DNA of 64,000 nt, taken from assembly GCA_022605425.2 (NCBI GenBank), contig CM061249.1:558001-622000 (forward strand), written 5' to 3'. Position 1 is the stretch's first letter. Every line of letters begins with the position of its first letter. The notes beneath the pieces were generated by a model. That model was not told the DNA's origin. It was given only the letters and a program-made list of their open reading frames with translations, and searched no databases. Of the stretch, positions 12,601-25,790 are shown in pieces. Source of the DNA: Hamiltosporidium tvaerminnensis FI-OER-3-3. Taxonomy: Eukaryota; Fungi; Microsporidia. The position numbers and the translations under genes were made by a program.

Positions 12601-14724
12601 AACATTCGTCATTGTATTTTCTTTTTTAGATGATAAATAACTGTAACACTTAAAGAACTGAAAAACAAAATATTCTTTAAATCGTTAAAGCTCGGAATAA
12701 TAAAGGCGATAATCACACCTGAATCTCATTGTTATGCCCCTGTTGGTTTATCATAGTAAACGGTGAACCCGTATAAGTATTTATATGACGGCAGAGTAAA
12801 AATTATCGTAATGTTTTTCTTTAAAAAAATTCATCAAATCGTCTATTTACATTGCCTATCATTTAAACGACCTCAATAACTACATTAAACTGATATCAGT
12901 TTTATATGAAACTAAGAAATAATGAAAAAGTTTCTAAATTGTTCTTCACGGAATTTAAGAAAATCTATAGATGGAATATTTAATCATGATATAGTATAAT
13001 AATCTTAAGATTGCTCAATCATCTTTTAAATTATATGACGGAAATAAATTCAATATCATGAATGCAATAAAATTTCAATTTGCAAGTTGTAAGTTTGATT
13101 AACACTTCTGTAAGCTTCGAAGTTTACTTTAAACCTTTTATAATTCACGTTTTCGCTATATTTTAGAGATTTCGGCAACAAACTGTTAACTAAAATATGA
13201 AAATTTACGAATTATAACAATAAAAGCATAGGTACCTTCTAAACACAACAAATCAGCAGTCCGAGTATCTGTTTTAAAAAATACCATATGGTCTTAAATA
13301 TATTTGTAAGATGCTATTTTTCAGATAAAACGGATCAAGATACGAGAATAATACATTTCACGAGTCTAGTAAAGATTTTTTAGCGTATAGAATATAGAAT
13401 ACAAGATCCTTGCTTTTTATCTCAAAAGACAGGGAGTATTCTTTAAACTAAGCCCATTTATAATATATTTTTTGAGCCAAATGAAAGGCTTAGGTTTATT
13501 TTACTTCAATTATATATCGAGTTTTGGACCTACCTACATCTCAGTATACAACCAAAATATGTACCATACGAACCTTTCAGTCTTAACAAAATTTTTATAC
13601 TCAATGCTTAGTTTTAATATCTAAAAAACGAAATACATAATATTATACACTTCATTTGCTGGAAAGTCTTAAAATTTAAAAATTAAACTAAAATGTCGAT
13701 ATTTTATGTTTAGTCGCAGTTTTATACACATTCGTTAATTACCGTTTTTAAAAGGAACAAATTGTTTTGAAATTTTTTACTATTTATTTATTTATTTAAA
13801 ATTAAATGCAGGCTTTTATTTACTTGTTGCTTTTTTTAGATTTATATGAGTTTAGAATTTTAATACGGCTCTAATAATGATTTTTTTTTTCAATCATATT
13901 TTCTTAATTCCAATGACTTGTCACTTAGTCTTAAAATTTAATCTGATGATTTCTATCAAACTCAAAAATTTTAATCAAATTCAAAAATGCATTTAGTATT
14001 TTCAATATTTAAAAGGAATTATATGGTTACCACTTTAAGTAAGATAGTCACAATAAATTAAAACTGAAAAGATAGTATATTTAAAAAAATTCAGACTATA
14101 AATCACACTTAATTATGCTTGAATGTTTAAAATTGGAATGTTTAGATGCTCTTTGAAATAATAGAATCAGATTGGTGCTCTAGGAATAACCTTATATTAG
14201 ATTTGAAGCATTATTTTATCATCTAAAAGTCAAAAAAAGAATAAAATATATTAAACTATTTGTATTTACTAGCTTTTCTTTTTATAAAACAAATATAATT
14301 GTGGTTTTTACTGATTGTTATCAAAAAATAATAATTTGGCTCGATGATTCATACAATATATAAATTTAGACATCTTAGATTTCGATAAAGCTTTAAAATG
14401 CACAATATATACGCTTAAGACAGATTAGAAATTAGCAGATTATCTATGTATAACTATATAAATAGTCAGTATTCAAAACTATCTAGAAACTGTTCATTGT
14501 ATTTATAATTAAAAAACTCGAAATTAGAAAAAAATATATTTTGTAAATAAAACTATTTTACGTGAATTATTGCATTATCGTTGCATACATTTGTTTTTAG
14601 CTGCCGAATTAGCTTTTATGTATTTAGGCTTACAAAAAATATTAAATTTGAGTTAATTTTTATAAAATTTGAAGAAAGAATTATAACTTTACAGCCAAAT
14701 ATTTTTATTATTTCACACAAACCT

Positions 14725-15531
14725 TTATATTATATTTGACATATTCCACAAGTATATACAATTCAAAATATAACTATAAGCAATTATCTGGATCGCAAAC
14801 CAGAATAATTTTTTAATTTTTGGCGCAAATAATAAATCTTGTCTGTTCGCAAATTGATAACTAATTTTGGTACAACGAACAAATAATAGAAGAAATATGA
14901 TCAAATTCAACATAATCAGTGACAAATATTTAGGAATCGATATATTGAACAATATACACGCCATTATTATCAGTTTTTCTCCGACAAACAGCAAGAATGC
15001 AGATATAAGATGCGTTAAACAAATATTTGCTGGATATTTTGTAAGATTATTTTCAATAAATTTTATCATTAGGAAACTATTATAAACCACACAAGAATTT
15101 ATCACAAAAAGGAAAGTTAACATAAAAAAATATTCAACATATCCAACTGTTCTATTAATATGAAACATTTTTTCTTTTAATATATCATTTACATTGGATA
15201 GAATTATACTAAATAAATTCATCAAAACGCCATTCGTATTATTAACACAGAAATATGTATAATGTCTATTTTCATTCGCACGCTTTTTATAAAAAACTAT
15301 TAGACAGTAAAAATTAGACAATAAAAAGTTAATTATTGTTCTAATTTGTGTAGAAAGTGTTTTATTGATATCGAAGCATATCTGAATTAAAAATCCAAGA
15401 ACATGATTTATTAAAATCGTATAGAATATAATCTTTACCAGTCTTCTGAGTCGAATAAAAAAAATCGGATTTTGTTCAGCCAATGATTTCCTTTTCTTTT
15501 CTATCTCTTCCTTGCTTTCTATTTTCATCAT
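14725..15531 (-). CDS. Multi-pass membrane protein, possibly a divergent family M member
   Basis: Long ORF (track gives a TTG start at 15555; first ATG at 15531). Charged N-terminus followed by about 7 hydrophobic segments; similar size and topology to family M, but the motif match is weak. Confidence 0.7.
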   Translation of the reverse strand: MMKIESKEEIEKKRKSLAEQNPIFFIRLRRLVKIIFYTILINHVLGFLIQICFDINKTLSTQIRTIINFLLSNFYCLIVFYKKRANENRHYTYFCVNNTNGVLMNLFSIILSNVNDILKEKMFHINRTVGYVEYFFMLTFLFVINSCVVYNSFLMIKFIENNLTKYPANICLTHLISAFLLFVGEKLIIMACILFNISIPKYLSLIMLNLIIFLLLFVRCTKISYQFANRQDLLFAPKIKKLFWFAIQIIAYSYILNCIYLWNMSNII

Positions 15532-18180
15532 GGATACTACTTGTTTATTTTTCAATACCTTGATAAAAATACAAATTTGTATTTTGAACTATAAATTTGT
15601 ATAAGAATTATAAACAAAACTATAAATTCCTATTTTTGATCTAATTAATTATCCATTTATAAACAGTAAGTAAATATGAATATTTAATTTTGAAAAATTA
15701 TTATTGTAATTATATTAATTATTTATATGACTCTATTATCTATCAAACAGTTTATAAAAATAATTTGAAACATAACAATTACTAATTTAAGTTAAATATC
15801 ATTTTTACAAATAAACTATCCAGAAGCGCTAAATTTTTTGAAGAGTGCAATAGTTCTTAAAATTTTTGTATTTTCCTGTTTTGTACTCTAAATATTTGAG
15901 CGAATTATTAAACCTGCTTGTATTATGGTATATTAGCATACTCGTTAGAGTGGTTTAGCTATATTTTAATGATCGGGTGTGCAATTGAGAAAATGTGATT
16001 AAAACCCATCTCATTGGACATTCTTTTATATATTTCGGCCGTTTATGTTTTAATCTTCTTATCATACAGAATAGATTATATTTTCGATAAAGATCATAGC
16101 TCTTTCGACTCATTAATTATTCATTCGCTATTTTTGAAGATGCTGAAGTTCTTTTTGGCGTATCATGCCATTCCTATGTCGAAAATAGCTTTTTTTCTGC
16201 TGGTCATCACAAATATTTCAACATAATGCTTAAAAAGGATCTAGCAATGAAAAAATATTTTTTTTCGTTTCAAACTTATGATTTAGCTTGCGCAAGCAAT
16301 TTAGAACTTCCAGGTCATATTTCTACATCTTTATTCTTAATTTAATCTGAGAATTTTTTCGTTGTTCTCATTCAAAAACATTCTTAAGTAGTCAAAACCA
16401 AATAAATTTTTCATTCTATATGTATATATTTCTCAGGAAATATTAATTCGCTTTGGTTTGATCTCCGTGTGTTTGGTGATAAATAATTTATTTTTAGTTC
16501 GTGAATTTTTTGCTTTTGACAATATGATCTTCCGCGTATGTTCTTTGTTGAATTACCTACAATACTGAATCTCTTGGATTGCTTTTGGTGTACAAAAGTA
16601 CTTTCAAATATTATTCAAATTAAATGTAGAAAATTATCTTCTTGGTTTATCTGTTTATGAATTCCGAATTCAATATAAGCAATAAATCCAAAAAACATTA
16701 CATTTCACTCTAATTAGTATCATTTAGATTGGATCTTTTACATAAGAGCTTTCGACTCTTCATGTATATTGTTTTAGAATTAAATTACAATTTTTCATAA
16801 TGTTGTTTACCTAAAGAAAGTTATTTGATTGCAACTATTTAGGACATAATTTAATATTTGAATTTAATTAAATTTTGAGTTAAACACAATCTCACTCTTT
16901 TGTATAATTTCTTCTACATCATTGAATAATTTGATTTTTCTTCTTCTAAATCTGATTCTTTTATATATATTGTCGGTTACTTTTCCGTGGTTCCTCAATA
17001 TAAAAAAGGAATAAATTTTTTTTGTAGATACTCGTTTTACATTTGATTCTTAGATACATGCTCGTATTTAAGAGGTATTTGTTGAATATAGAAGTAAAGA
17101 AATATATATTTATCAGTAAAGCATTTTAGGCATAATAAATATATTTTTGAACATTAAATAAACATAAATGAGAGAGAATTTGGCTAAATACATTCAAAAA
17201 AATTTTATTTAACAATCGAACTTTTATATTCAAAATATTCTCCATAGTATACAATTATAAATTCTAATCATTCTATAAATCAAGTATATTAATCCTTATA
17301 ATTGGAATAAAAGATTAAAAATAAAATGTAACCAAGAAAATAAATACAAATAACAAAAGCCTACGATAAGATTAGGATTGCATTTTTAGATTAAAGCAAT
17401 TAATAAATAAGCAATATGATATATTTTTTACATCTTGCTAAACATATACTTTGCATCTGATAGTTTCAATCATAGATTTAATATTAAGAAAAATTTACCT
17501 ACAAATACCTTTGTAAATCATATTTTTTAAGAGTAATTGCATTTAAATTTTTACAAATATTCAAAGCTGCCAAATTCTTATAAAAAAATTATAATACCAA
17601 CCACAAAACACTGCATTTATTTCAAAATATTATTACTTAAAAAATATATTTGATAAATTAAAATTATCTAAATAATTCATAATTCCACGAATAAATTATA
17701 TACTGCAATAGGTGATAATAAAATTGTTAAATAATCTTATTAAGCTTTACTAAACTTATTTTTGGATTATTAACTTTTGATTTACTTCATGATACAAGTT
17801 TAAATATATGATAGAATAGACAATATCAAATATTTAAACCGAACGAATTTATTTTATAAAAAAATATTTTTCTCTAATAATTTTAAACAAATTACTGATT
17901 TCATCTTGAAAAAGTCCTCTAATATTTCATTAAAAACGATAAATATATTCGAAATCAAAACTAGAAACGCAAAACTAAAGAACATTTTTGCTTAAATTTT
18001 AGTATTTAGACACCATATAGATCTTTTAAATGTATTATAATAAAAAAAAATATTGTTATTTTTAAATAAAGCTATATGTTGATAAAATGTATTTTTATTC
18101 GATCGATTTTTTTAAGTGGTTTAAACAAATATTCGATTAAATTTATTTCTCACACACAAAGCATTATTATTTATAATTCT

Positions 18181-18400
18181 TATATCCATAGTTTCATACT
18201 TGTATTATTATTAATTGTAATCAATAAAAAATTTAAAAAAACAATTTCAAGGATATATCATAGTTTCATACTTGTATTATTATTAATTATAATCAATAAA
18301 ACATTTAAAAAAATATTTTCAAGGATATATCATAGTTTCATACTTGTATTATTATTAATTATAATCAATAAAACATTTAAAAAAATATTTTCAAGGATAT
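18181..18400. repeat. Tandem repeat, 72-bp unit x3
   Basis: CATAGTTTCATACTTGTATTATTA recurs at 18187, 18259 and 18331. This explains the repetitive ORF 18076-18402. Confidence 0.9.
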
Positions 18401-18686
18401 AGCTCTAATCAAATATAATATATTTTTTAATCTAATTTTTAATTATTGTTATTTCTTGAAAATATCTTATCAAAAACACTGAAACACACTTCTAATCGTA
18501 CAAATCAAAAAGTTAAGAAAAGTTAACCAATAAATACATTTATTATTTCTTACATAATCATTGGTTACATTGATATATATAGATAACTATACCAATATTT
18601 ACATAGGCATGTAAAATAATAGATAACCAATGATTTAATCAAAACATTATTTTTAATAAATTATTCAAGATTATTACCCATCAAAA

Positions 18687-18980
18687 ATGACAAAAGACGT
18701 TAAATTAATATCATACGATGGTATAGAATATATTGTTCCAGAAGAAATAGCTACACAGAGTTCAACACTTAAATCCTTTTTGGATGAAGAAAATCCTTTT
18801 ATAGAATCACACGAAAAAACAGTAGTTTTGCCAATTAAATCAAATATACTTAAAAGAGTAATAGATTATTTAAAATATAAATATGAGTATAAAGATACAG
18901 AAGGAACTATTCCTGATTTTGAAATTAAAGACGATGAGACATTAGAATTGTTAGATGTATCTTCATATCTTAGAATATAA
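18687..18980 (+). CDS. ELC1: Elongin C (Skp1/BTB-POZ family)
   Basis: 97 aa. VKLISYDGIEYIV, SSTLKSFL, ILKRVIDYLKYKYEY, IPDFEI, LELLDVSSYL ending at the C-terminus with no Skp1 F-box-binding tail. CCC at 18677-18679. Confidence 0.9.
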   Translation: MTKDVKLISYDGIEYIVPEEIATQSSTLKSFLDEENPFIESHEKTVVLPIKSNILKRVIDYLKYKYEYKDTEGTIPDFEIKDDETLELLDVSSYLRI

Positions 18981-19198
18981 TTCTATAAAATATTTATATA
19001 TTGTAATTTTCTTAAAATAGTATTTTAAATATATTTTTATATTTGAATTTTTTAAATTAATTTTTGTTTCTTTTGTAATTTTAATTTTGAAATAGAAAAT
19101 TTTACAATTCTAGAATCTTAATTAAATTCTAACTTGGTATTCTTAAAATATAAAAAGTAAATAAATTTATAACAAATAAAATTGGTTAAGTATTCACT

Positions 19199-19340
19199 TA
19201 ACATAAAAAGTAAATAAATTTTATGATTGGATAGACAAATATTTACAAAATAAATATTTTAATATAAAAAGTAGATAAATTTTATGATTTGATAGACAAA
19301 TATTTATAAAATAAATATTTTAACATAAAAAGTAAATAAA
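19199..19340. repeat. Tandem duplication, ~61-bp unit x2+
   Basis: ATAAAAAGTA(A/G)ATAAATTTTATGATT(G/T)GATAGACAAATATTTA repeated. Confidence 0.8.
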
Positions 19341-19785
19341 ATCTTAAATATCCTAAATAATTAGGTTCTCATTTTCTTATTTGATATTAAAATGGACAAA
19401 TTAAATAATTAAAAAGTAAAATAGAAAAAAAATTAGTGTCAAATTAATTTTAGATTCGTGAAGCTTTTTAATTATTTTAAAATAATTTATTATTACAATT
19501 ATAAACTAAATATAACTATTAAAAGATAAATAATCGTTTTTTAGCCACCAGAATGGATATCAAAAAATTTAAACTTTTTAATAAGTTATTTGTTTTGAAT
19601 CTTTTGTTAATATCTGAAAATACAAAAATTATTATTTTTTCTCTTTTGCAGATCAGTTCAGACATTTTATTTTATTTTTATAAAATTTCCAAGAATTTTG
19701 ATGTAGTGTTTAATACTATGTATGGTTGAGTAAATATAAATAAATAAAAAAATTTAGAGATTTGAATAATTAGAATGTATTTTTT

Positions 19786-19930
19786 TCTCTAAAAACAAAA
19801 AAAAGGAATTAATTTTGTATTTTATACTATATTTTAGTAAGGATTTTATTTTTTTTATCTAAAAACAAAAAAAAATGAATTAATTTTGTATTTTATACCA
19901 TGTTTTAGTAAGGATTTTATTTTTTTTTCA
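19786..19930. repeat. Tandem duplication, ~70-bp unit x2
   Basis: TCTAAAAACAAAAAAAA..GAATTAATTTTGTATTTTATAC..TTTTAGTAAGGATTTTATTTTTTTT repeated. Confidence 0.8.
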
Positions 19931-20419
19931 AATAATTCTTGTTTTTGAGAATATTTTCGCTCTTTTTATTGATTCTTCATTCTAATAATCAGTATTTATT
20001 TTCTAAGAAATATCATACCATTTTTATTTTATTTACAAGATTATGTTTAATTTACATTCTTGCTTTCTTTTGAATAATAATATATTTTTATAAAATAATT
20101 ATTTTTCATATAAATCAGTTAAAAACTTACAATATATATGTTTTATTTATGCAGATTAGATTTAATTTGATAAATTACTTTTTTTCAAAAGATTTATTAA
20201 TTTTAAAGATTGAAATATCTCATTATTTTTTCTATAAACAATTTCTGTACAAAAAGAAGTTCTATTTATATTAATTTAAACCTTTTGAGTTAAATTATAT
20301 TTTTTTGAAAAAAAAAAAAGAATTTATAATAAAAGAAAAATAATTTATTTAAATAATTTCAAATGATATGGTAAATTTAACATAAAAAGTAATTTTTATG
20401 ATGATTGATTTCAAAAACA

Positions 20420-20580
20420 AAAATATTTTTTTTCAATTTATTTTGACACAGTAAAGATATTGAAATATAGAATTCTTTATTTTAAATGTTGTAGACCAAG
20501 AAATATTTTTTTCAATTTATTTTGTCAAATTAAAGATATTGAAACATAAAATTCTTTATTTTAAATATTGTAAAACAATA
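20420..20580. repeat. Tandem duplication, ~81-bp unit x2
   Basis: AAATATTTTTTTCAATTTATTTTG..AAAGATATTGAAA..AATTCTTTATTTTAAAT repeated. Confidence 0.75.
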
Positions 20581-21489
20581 AATATAATTTTATCTTTTTA
20601 AGAATAAATATTTTGGCCAAAAAATATTTTTTATTTAGTTTTAATAAATTTTCAAATGTTCTTGAGCGAGAAACATATTTTAATTTTCTCAAAATTTTTA
20701 TAATGTGATTTTAGCAACTCGGAAAGACATCAGTATCCTCTCTGAAGTATAAGTAATAATTAAAGCTTATTCTTCGATAAAATTCACAATAAATTTATAT
20801 ATTATTTGTAAATTACTACCAAAATAATTGAGGAGTTGTCTTGTTTTTAAGAATATGTAATATAAAATAGAAATTTATTATTTTGATAAATTATAGCAGA
20901 AGAGTAACTTTTTCTTTTTTCTAAATCTATAAGATTGCCTTAAATTTTAAAAGAACTAAAAAGTATTCTTAAAGAAAATCAGATAATTGAACAAATTGAG
21001 TTTTTAAAAATATTTTTTTTGTCTAACCAAAACATTTTAAATAAAAACATTTATCTTAAGTTTCAAATTAAACCGTTTTCATTAATTTAATTTTATGTCG
21101 TTTTTCAATTCATATTTTTTCAAAGTTTAATATAAAATACCTTTTCGCACGAAAAAACAATAAAAAACTCTTTTATTTTTTCAGAATCTAAAGTTTTAAT
21201 ACAGTGTGTACCAATATTTTAGTAAAATATTTTTTCTAATTATATAATGCTATCCTCGTCTTGAATTGATATATGCTTTGTTCAATATAAGTTTAATGTC
21301 TAGAATATGTCTTCTTTGTTCATAGTATGCTTTAAATTATACCTGGAATCAAGTATTGAATATTTAAATGCTTGTTTAATAAATTATTACTTAGAATTAA
21401 TATCTTAGATTCAATAAGATTAAATAAAATTTGAGGTATATTAAGATCTAAGTATATCTCTAATTACTTTTTATTGATATAGATATATA

Positions 21490-21685
21490 AATAGATTTTG
21501 ATATAATAATTCAATAAAAGACGTTTATTTTTATATTAAAAAGATATTGAAAATAAGTTAGATTTTGATATAAATAATTAAATAAAAGACGTTTATTTTT
21601 ATATTAAAAAGATATTGAAAATAAGTTAGATTTTGATTGAAATAATTAAATAGATGATATTGCTTTTTAAATTAAAAAGATAGTG
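21490..21685. repeat. Tandem repeat, ~65-bp unit x3 (third copy degenerate)
   Basis: TAGATTTTGATATAA..AATAAAAGACGTTTATTTTTATATTAAAAAGATATTGAAAATAAGT repeated. Confidence 0.8.
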
Positions 21686-22256
21686 AAGACGATAATATAG
21701 TCTTTTTGCTAATGAAATATCTTTTTTGAACATCTTGGTATCTTATAATTTCATTTAAAATTATTAATATTGTATAGTTTTGAATTATCATAGTATGAAT
21801 GTCTACTACTAAACATTAAAATTCGGATTATTTGTGTATAACCAACCAATGAAAACACTCAAAAAGAGAATAGAAATCAAATTTTCTCGTTAATTTTTAT
21901 TTTAAAGAATATTTGGAAAATTGTACCTCGACAAAATAAACTTAAGAAAATATTTACCAGTACAAAAATAAGCCAATAAAAAGTTTCTAAAAAAAAGATT
22001 TACAGATAAAAATAAATCCATTTTACAAATGAAATACAAAAATCAAAAGTTAAAACGGTTATCAGTTATTTAGAAGAGAATATAATATAAAAAAACAACT
22101 GATAAAATCTATAAAAAATGAAAAAAAAATTTAATTTAAGTAATATATTTTTAAACAGTTGTAATCATTTATATGAATATTTATTGCTAGAAAAGAGTAA
22201 AATATAAAAATATAATTCAAGATATATTGACTCATCCGCAAAATAAATAACGATGT

Positions 22257-22867
22257 ATTTTTTTAATCTAAAGAATAATAGAGATCTACAATATTATTTC
22301 TTCATCTATCAGAATACAAAATATTTATCATTTGCTTTTTTTAATCTAAAGAATAATAGAGATCTACAATATTCTTTCTTCATCTATCAGAATACAAAAT
22401 AATTATCATTTGCTTTTTTTAATCTAAAGAATAATAGAGATCTACAATATTCTTTCTTTATCTATCAGAATACAAAATATTTATCATTTGCTTTTTTTAA
22501 TCTAAAGAATAATAGAGATCTACAATATTATTTCTTCATCTATCAGAATACAAAATATTTATCATTTGCTTTTTTTAATCTAAAGAATAATAGAGATCTA
22601 CAATATTCTTTCTTCATCTATCAGAATACAAAATATTTATCATTTGCTTTTTTTAATCTAAAGAATAATAGAGATCTACAATATTATTTCTTCATCTATC
22701 AGAATACAAAATATTTATCATTTGCTTTTTTTAATCTAAAGAATAATAGAGATCTACAATATTCTTTCTTCATCTATCAGAATACAAAATATTTATCATT
22801 TGCTTTTTTTAATCTAAAGAATAATAGAGATCTACAATATTCTTTCTTCATCTATCAGAATACAAAA
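22257..22867. repeat. Minisatellite, 78-bp unit x ~7.8 (not CRISPR)
   Basis: AATCTAAAGAATAATAGAGATCTACAATATT starts at 22265, 22343, 22421, 22499, 22577, 22655, 22733 and 22811. Units are near-identical with no unique spacers. Confidence 0.97.
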
Positions 22868-23149
22868 TTTATAAATATATTCAATATAATCATATTTGAA
22901 TCGAAATTTGATTATAGAAATATAAAAACTGATAAATAATATAATTTAAATACTCAAACCCGAATATTCCGTATTTGAAAATTTGAATCACAAAGATCAC
23001 AAACAAATAAAGAGTAAATAAATGATGATTGATTCTAAATAAATACAAATTAAAAACTGATAAATGATTTGAAATAGAAAATAAATGGAAAAGAAGTAAA
23101 GAAAATTATAAATTAAGAAATAATAATGAATTAAAATATGTAGATATAA

Positions 23150-23382
23150 TGTAAACAAAGGAATATAAATGACTCAAAGCAAATAATCAGAAGTTCGATA
23201 ATAAAATTATAAACGAAGGAATATAAATGACTCAAAGCAAATAATCAGCGGTTCAATAATAAAATTATAAACAAAAGAATATAAATTTTTTAAAATATTA
23301 TTTTATTTGCAAAAATTTTCATATAATTAATTAAAATATTATTTTATTTGCAAAAATTTTCATATAATTAATTAAAATATTA
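23150..23382. repeat. Two adjacent tandem duplications (58-bp and 41-bp units)
   Basis: GAATATAAATGACTCAAAGCAAATAATCAG at 23161 and 23219; TAAAATATTATTTTATTTGCAAAAATTTTCATATAATTAAT at 23291 and 23332. Confidence 0.85.
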
Positions 23383-23533
23383 ATTAACTAAATATTTATT
23401 TTGAATCAGTTTTTTTTTACTTTAAAAGCGTAATTAATTTAACCGTCATAGTAAATAAAAGTAAATTAATTTGTTCTGGAATAATATTTATAGGAAATAT
23501 ACCCATTATACTCATTAAAATATTATAAAGGAT

Positions 23534-24775
23534 ATGGAAAAAGATTGTTTGATGAAAATGTATTTAGAATCATTTAATATTTTAGAAATAAGTGGAAAAG
23601 GATCTTCTGGAAAAGTTTATAAAGTAAAAAATACCAAAAGTAATGAGGAAATGGCTTTAAAAGAAATTTTAATTGATGGATCTAAAACCAGACTGATGGT
23701 TTTAAGAGAATATTTAAATCTTAGCGGTCATGTAAATATTCTTAAATATTATAAAATATGTTTTTGTAGTAGATTGGTAAATATTAAGAATTTTGGTAAT
23801 TTTGAAACTGAAATTTCTAGTGAAAGTGATTCAGAAGATTATCTAATTAGCGATAAAGAAATCTATAGAAAGATAAAAAATAATAAAATCTATTTAGAAG
23901 AAACTTACGATATCAAAAAAAATATTAAAAAATATCGAAATTCGGAAAAAAGTGATTTAAATTATAAAATCGAAATATCAGATGAAAAATATATGAAGGA
24001 GAATAGATTAAATTTTTATGATAAAAATTCTTATGAGAAATCAAATAATTCATATGAAACTATTATAAAATCGTATGATAAAATGTCTTTATGTGATGGA
24101 TGTAATAATATAAAAAAACAAGATTATTATTTTTATTTATTGACTTCATATTGTGTCTGTTCTTTGAGAAATTTGATAGAAGAAAGAAATTTAGTTTATG
24201 AACAAAAAAGTTTAAAGGAAATTGTAGATTCTAAGGATAAAATTGAGTTTAATTTGACAAAGTATGATATAAATGGAATATTTAAAGGAATAATTAGAGG
24301 TGTACTTTTTTTACATAAAAATAATGTAATACACCGTGATATAAAACCAGAAAATATTTTTTTTATAGAAAAAGAATTTTATGTTCCTAAAATTGGAGAT
24401 TTCGGTTCCTGTAAAATTTTTACTAAGTCAGAAAATTCAAGCGATGATGATATTTTAATGACTGAAGGTATAGGAACAGCATGGTATTGTGCACCAGAAA
24501 GTACAAATTCATTTTATTCAGAAAAAATAGATATTTACTCACTTGGTCTTATTTATTTAGAAATGATATATCCGTTTATTACTTCAATGGAAAGAGCAAT
24601 TATTTTTAATTATATAAGGGAAAACGGTAAATTACCAAATTGGTTAAAAAATGATTTTAAAAAAGAAAGTATAATAATTGAAAAGTGCATAAAGAAAAAT
24701 CCTATAGAAAGAATTTCAGCACTTGAATTATTTTCTTTAGTTTTGGAATTAACAGAAACCAATAAAAAAATCTAA
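23534..24775 (+). CDS. Ser/Thr kinase of the eIF2-alpha kinase (PEK/GCN2/HRI-like) type, kinase domain only
   Basis: GKGSSGKV, ALK, HVNILKYY, a long acidic insert, HRDIKPENIF, KIGDFG, GTAWYCAPE, DIYSLGLI, and the family-typical F-x-T-S-M-E-R. Confidence 0.85.
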   Translation: MEKDCLMKMYLESFNILEISGKGSSGKVYKVKNTKSNEEMALKEILIDGSKTRLMVLREYLNLSGHVNILKYYKICFCSRLVNIKNFGNFETEISSESDSEDYLISDKEIYRKIKNNKIYLEETYDIKKNIKKYRNSEKSDLNYKIEISDEKYMKENRLNFYDKNSYEKSNNSYETIIKSYDKMSLCDGCNNIKKQDYYFYLLTSYCVCSLRNLIEERNLVYEQKSLKEIVDSKDKIEFNLTKYDINGIFKGIIRGVLFLHKNNVIHRDIKPENIFFIEKEFYVPKIGDFGSCKIFTKSENSSDDDILMTEGIGTAWYCAPESTNSFYSEKIDIYSLGLIYLEMIYPFITSMERAIIFNYIRENGKLPNWLKNDFKKESIIIEKCIKKNPIERISALELFSLVLELTETNKKI

Positions 24776-25545
24776 TATTTAATTAAAAAAATGTTTTATT
24801 TTTATTTTTTATTTTTTATAAAAATACATACTTTAAAATTTTCTTTAATAAATTATTTAGGGTTTTTCTAATTCTAAATTTCCTTAATTCGGATTTTTAT
24901 AAATATTTCTTTTCTTTTTTAATTGGTAGAGGTACTGAATCCATTTTTTATATCTTTTTTATTTATTAAATTTGTTTCTCTAATTATATTTTTAGATAAC
25001 TAATTTATATTATTACTACTTTTATAACTGATGAAAACACGATTTTTTCGGTTTTTTAATGAAAGGATAATTTAACATTCACAATAAAATATTATTGTTT
25101 TTAAGCGCAATTTTTGAAGTATTAAGCATATACCATAAAGACAAAATTTTGACTATTTAAAAATATTTTCTTCACCTATGTAGTCAATTCACTTTAAGAC
25201 GATAACGATCTACTAAATTGCTTTTTTATAATAATTATTGCAGCTCGAAATTCATTTATTTATATTCCGAGTTTATTTTTAGGATCTATAGGCAAATTCT
25301 CTATATCCCACGTTATACCGATTAAAAGAAACAAATGGGAAATTCTTCTTTGTTCATCTTCGACACCGAGAATTAAAAGAAAACAGGAATAAGTATGTAG
25401 GCATGTTTTTATTTTAATTTTATAAAATAATTTTTAAGTTTAAGAGTTTTGGGTAGATTAATGTTTGTAAATTATATATTCACACCTTCTATTTGATAAA
25501 TTGCGGTATATTATAATATATTTTAATATAAACCTATTCTTCATA

Positions 25546-25790
25546 CGGAAGATGGATATATACTGGTAAGATTAAATATAAAGATTATATAAAAGTAGTA
25601 TTAAATAAATATTTAAAAATTAATCGGAAGATGAATATATAGTGGTAAGATTAAATATAAAGATTATATAAAAGTAGTATTAAATAAATATTTAAAAATT
25701 AATCGGAAGATGGATGTATACTGGTAAAATTAAATATAAAGATTATATAAAAGTAGTATTAAATAAATATTTAAAAATTAATCGGAAGAT
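25546..25790. repeat. Tandem repeat, 79-bp unit x3
   Basis: CGGAAGAT starts at 25546, 25625, 25704 and 25783. Confidence 0.93.

Noticed and set aside
13446-13545. Hairpin AAACTAAGCC..GGCTTAGGTTT and a nearby GTAGGTA (minus strand) as another family A copy
   Set aside because: Motif order and spacing do not fit the family A consensus, and no other motifs align.
16200-17100. Gypsy RT/RNase H remnant (also 10850-11250)
   Set aside because: Only vague motif-like fragments; too degenerate to support without a translated search.
18076-18402. 108-aa repetitive hydrophobic ORF
   Set aside because: Explained by a 72-bp (in-frame) tandem repeat in AT-rich DNA; no other coding evidence.
22257-22867. 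CRISPR array
   Set aside because: Units are contiguous and near-identical with no unique spacers, and there are no cas genes. It is a eukaryotic minisatellite.
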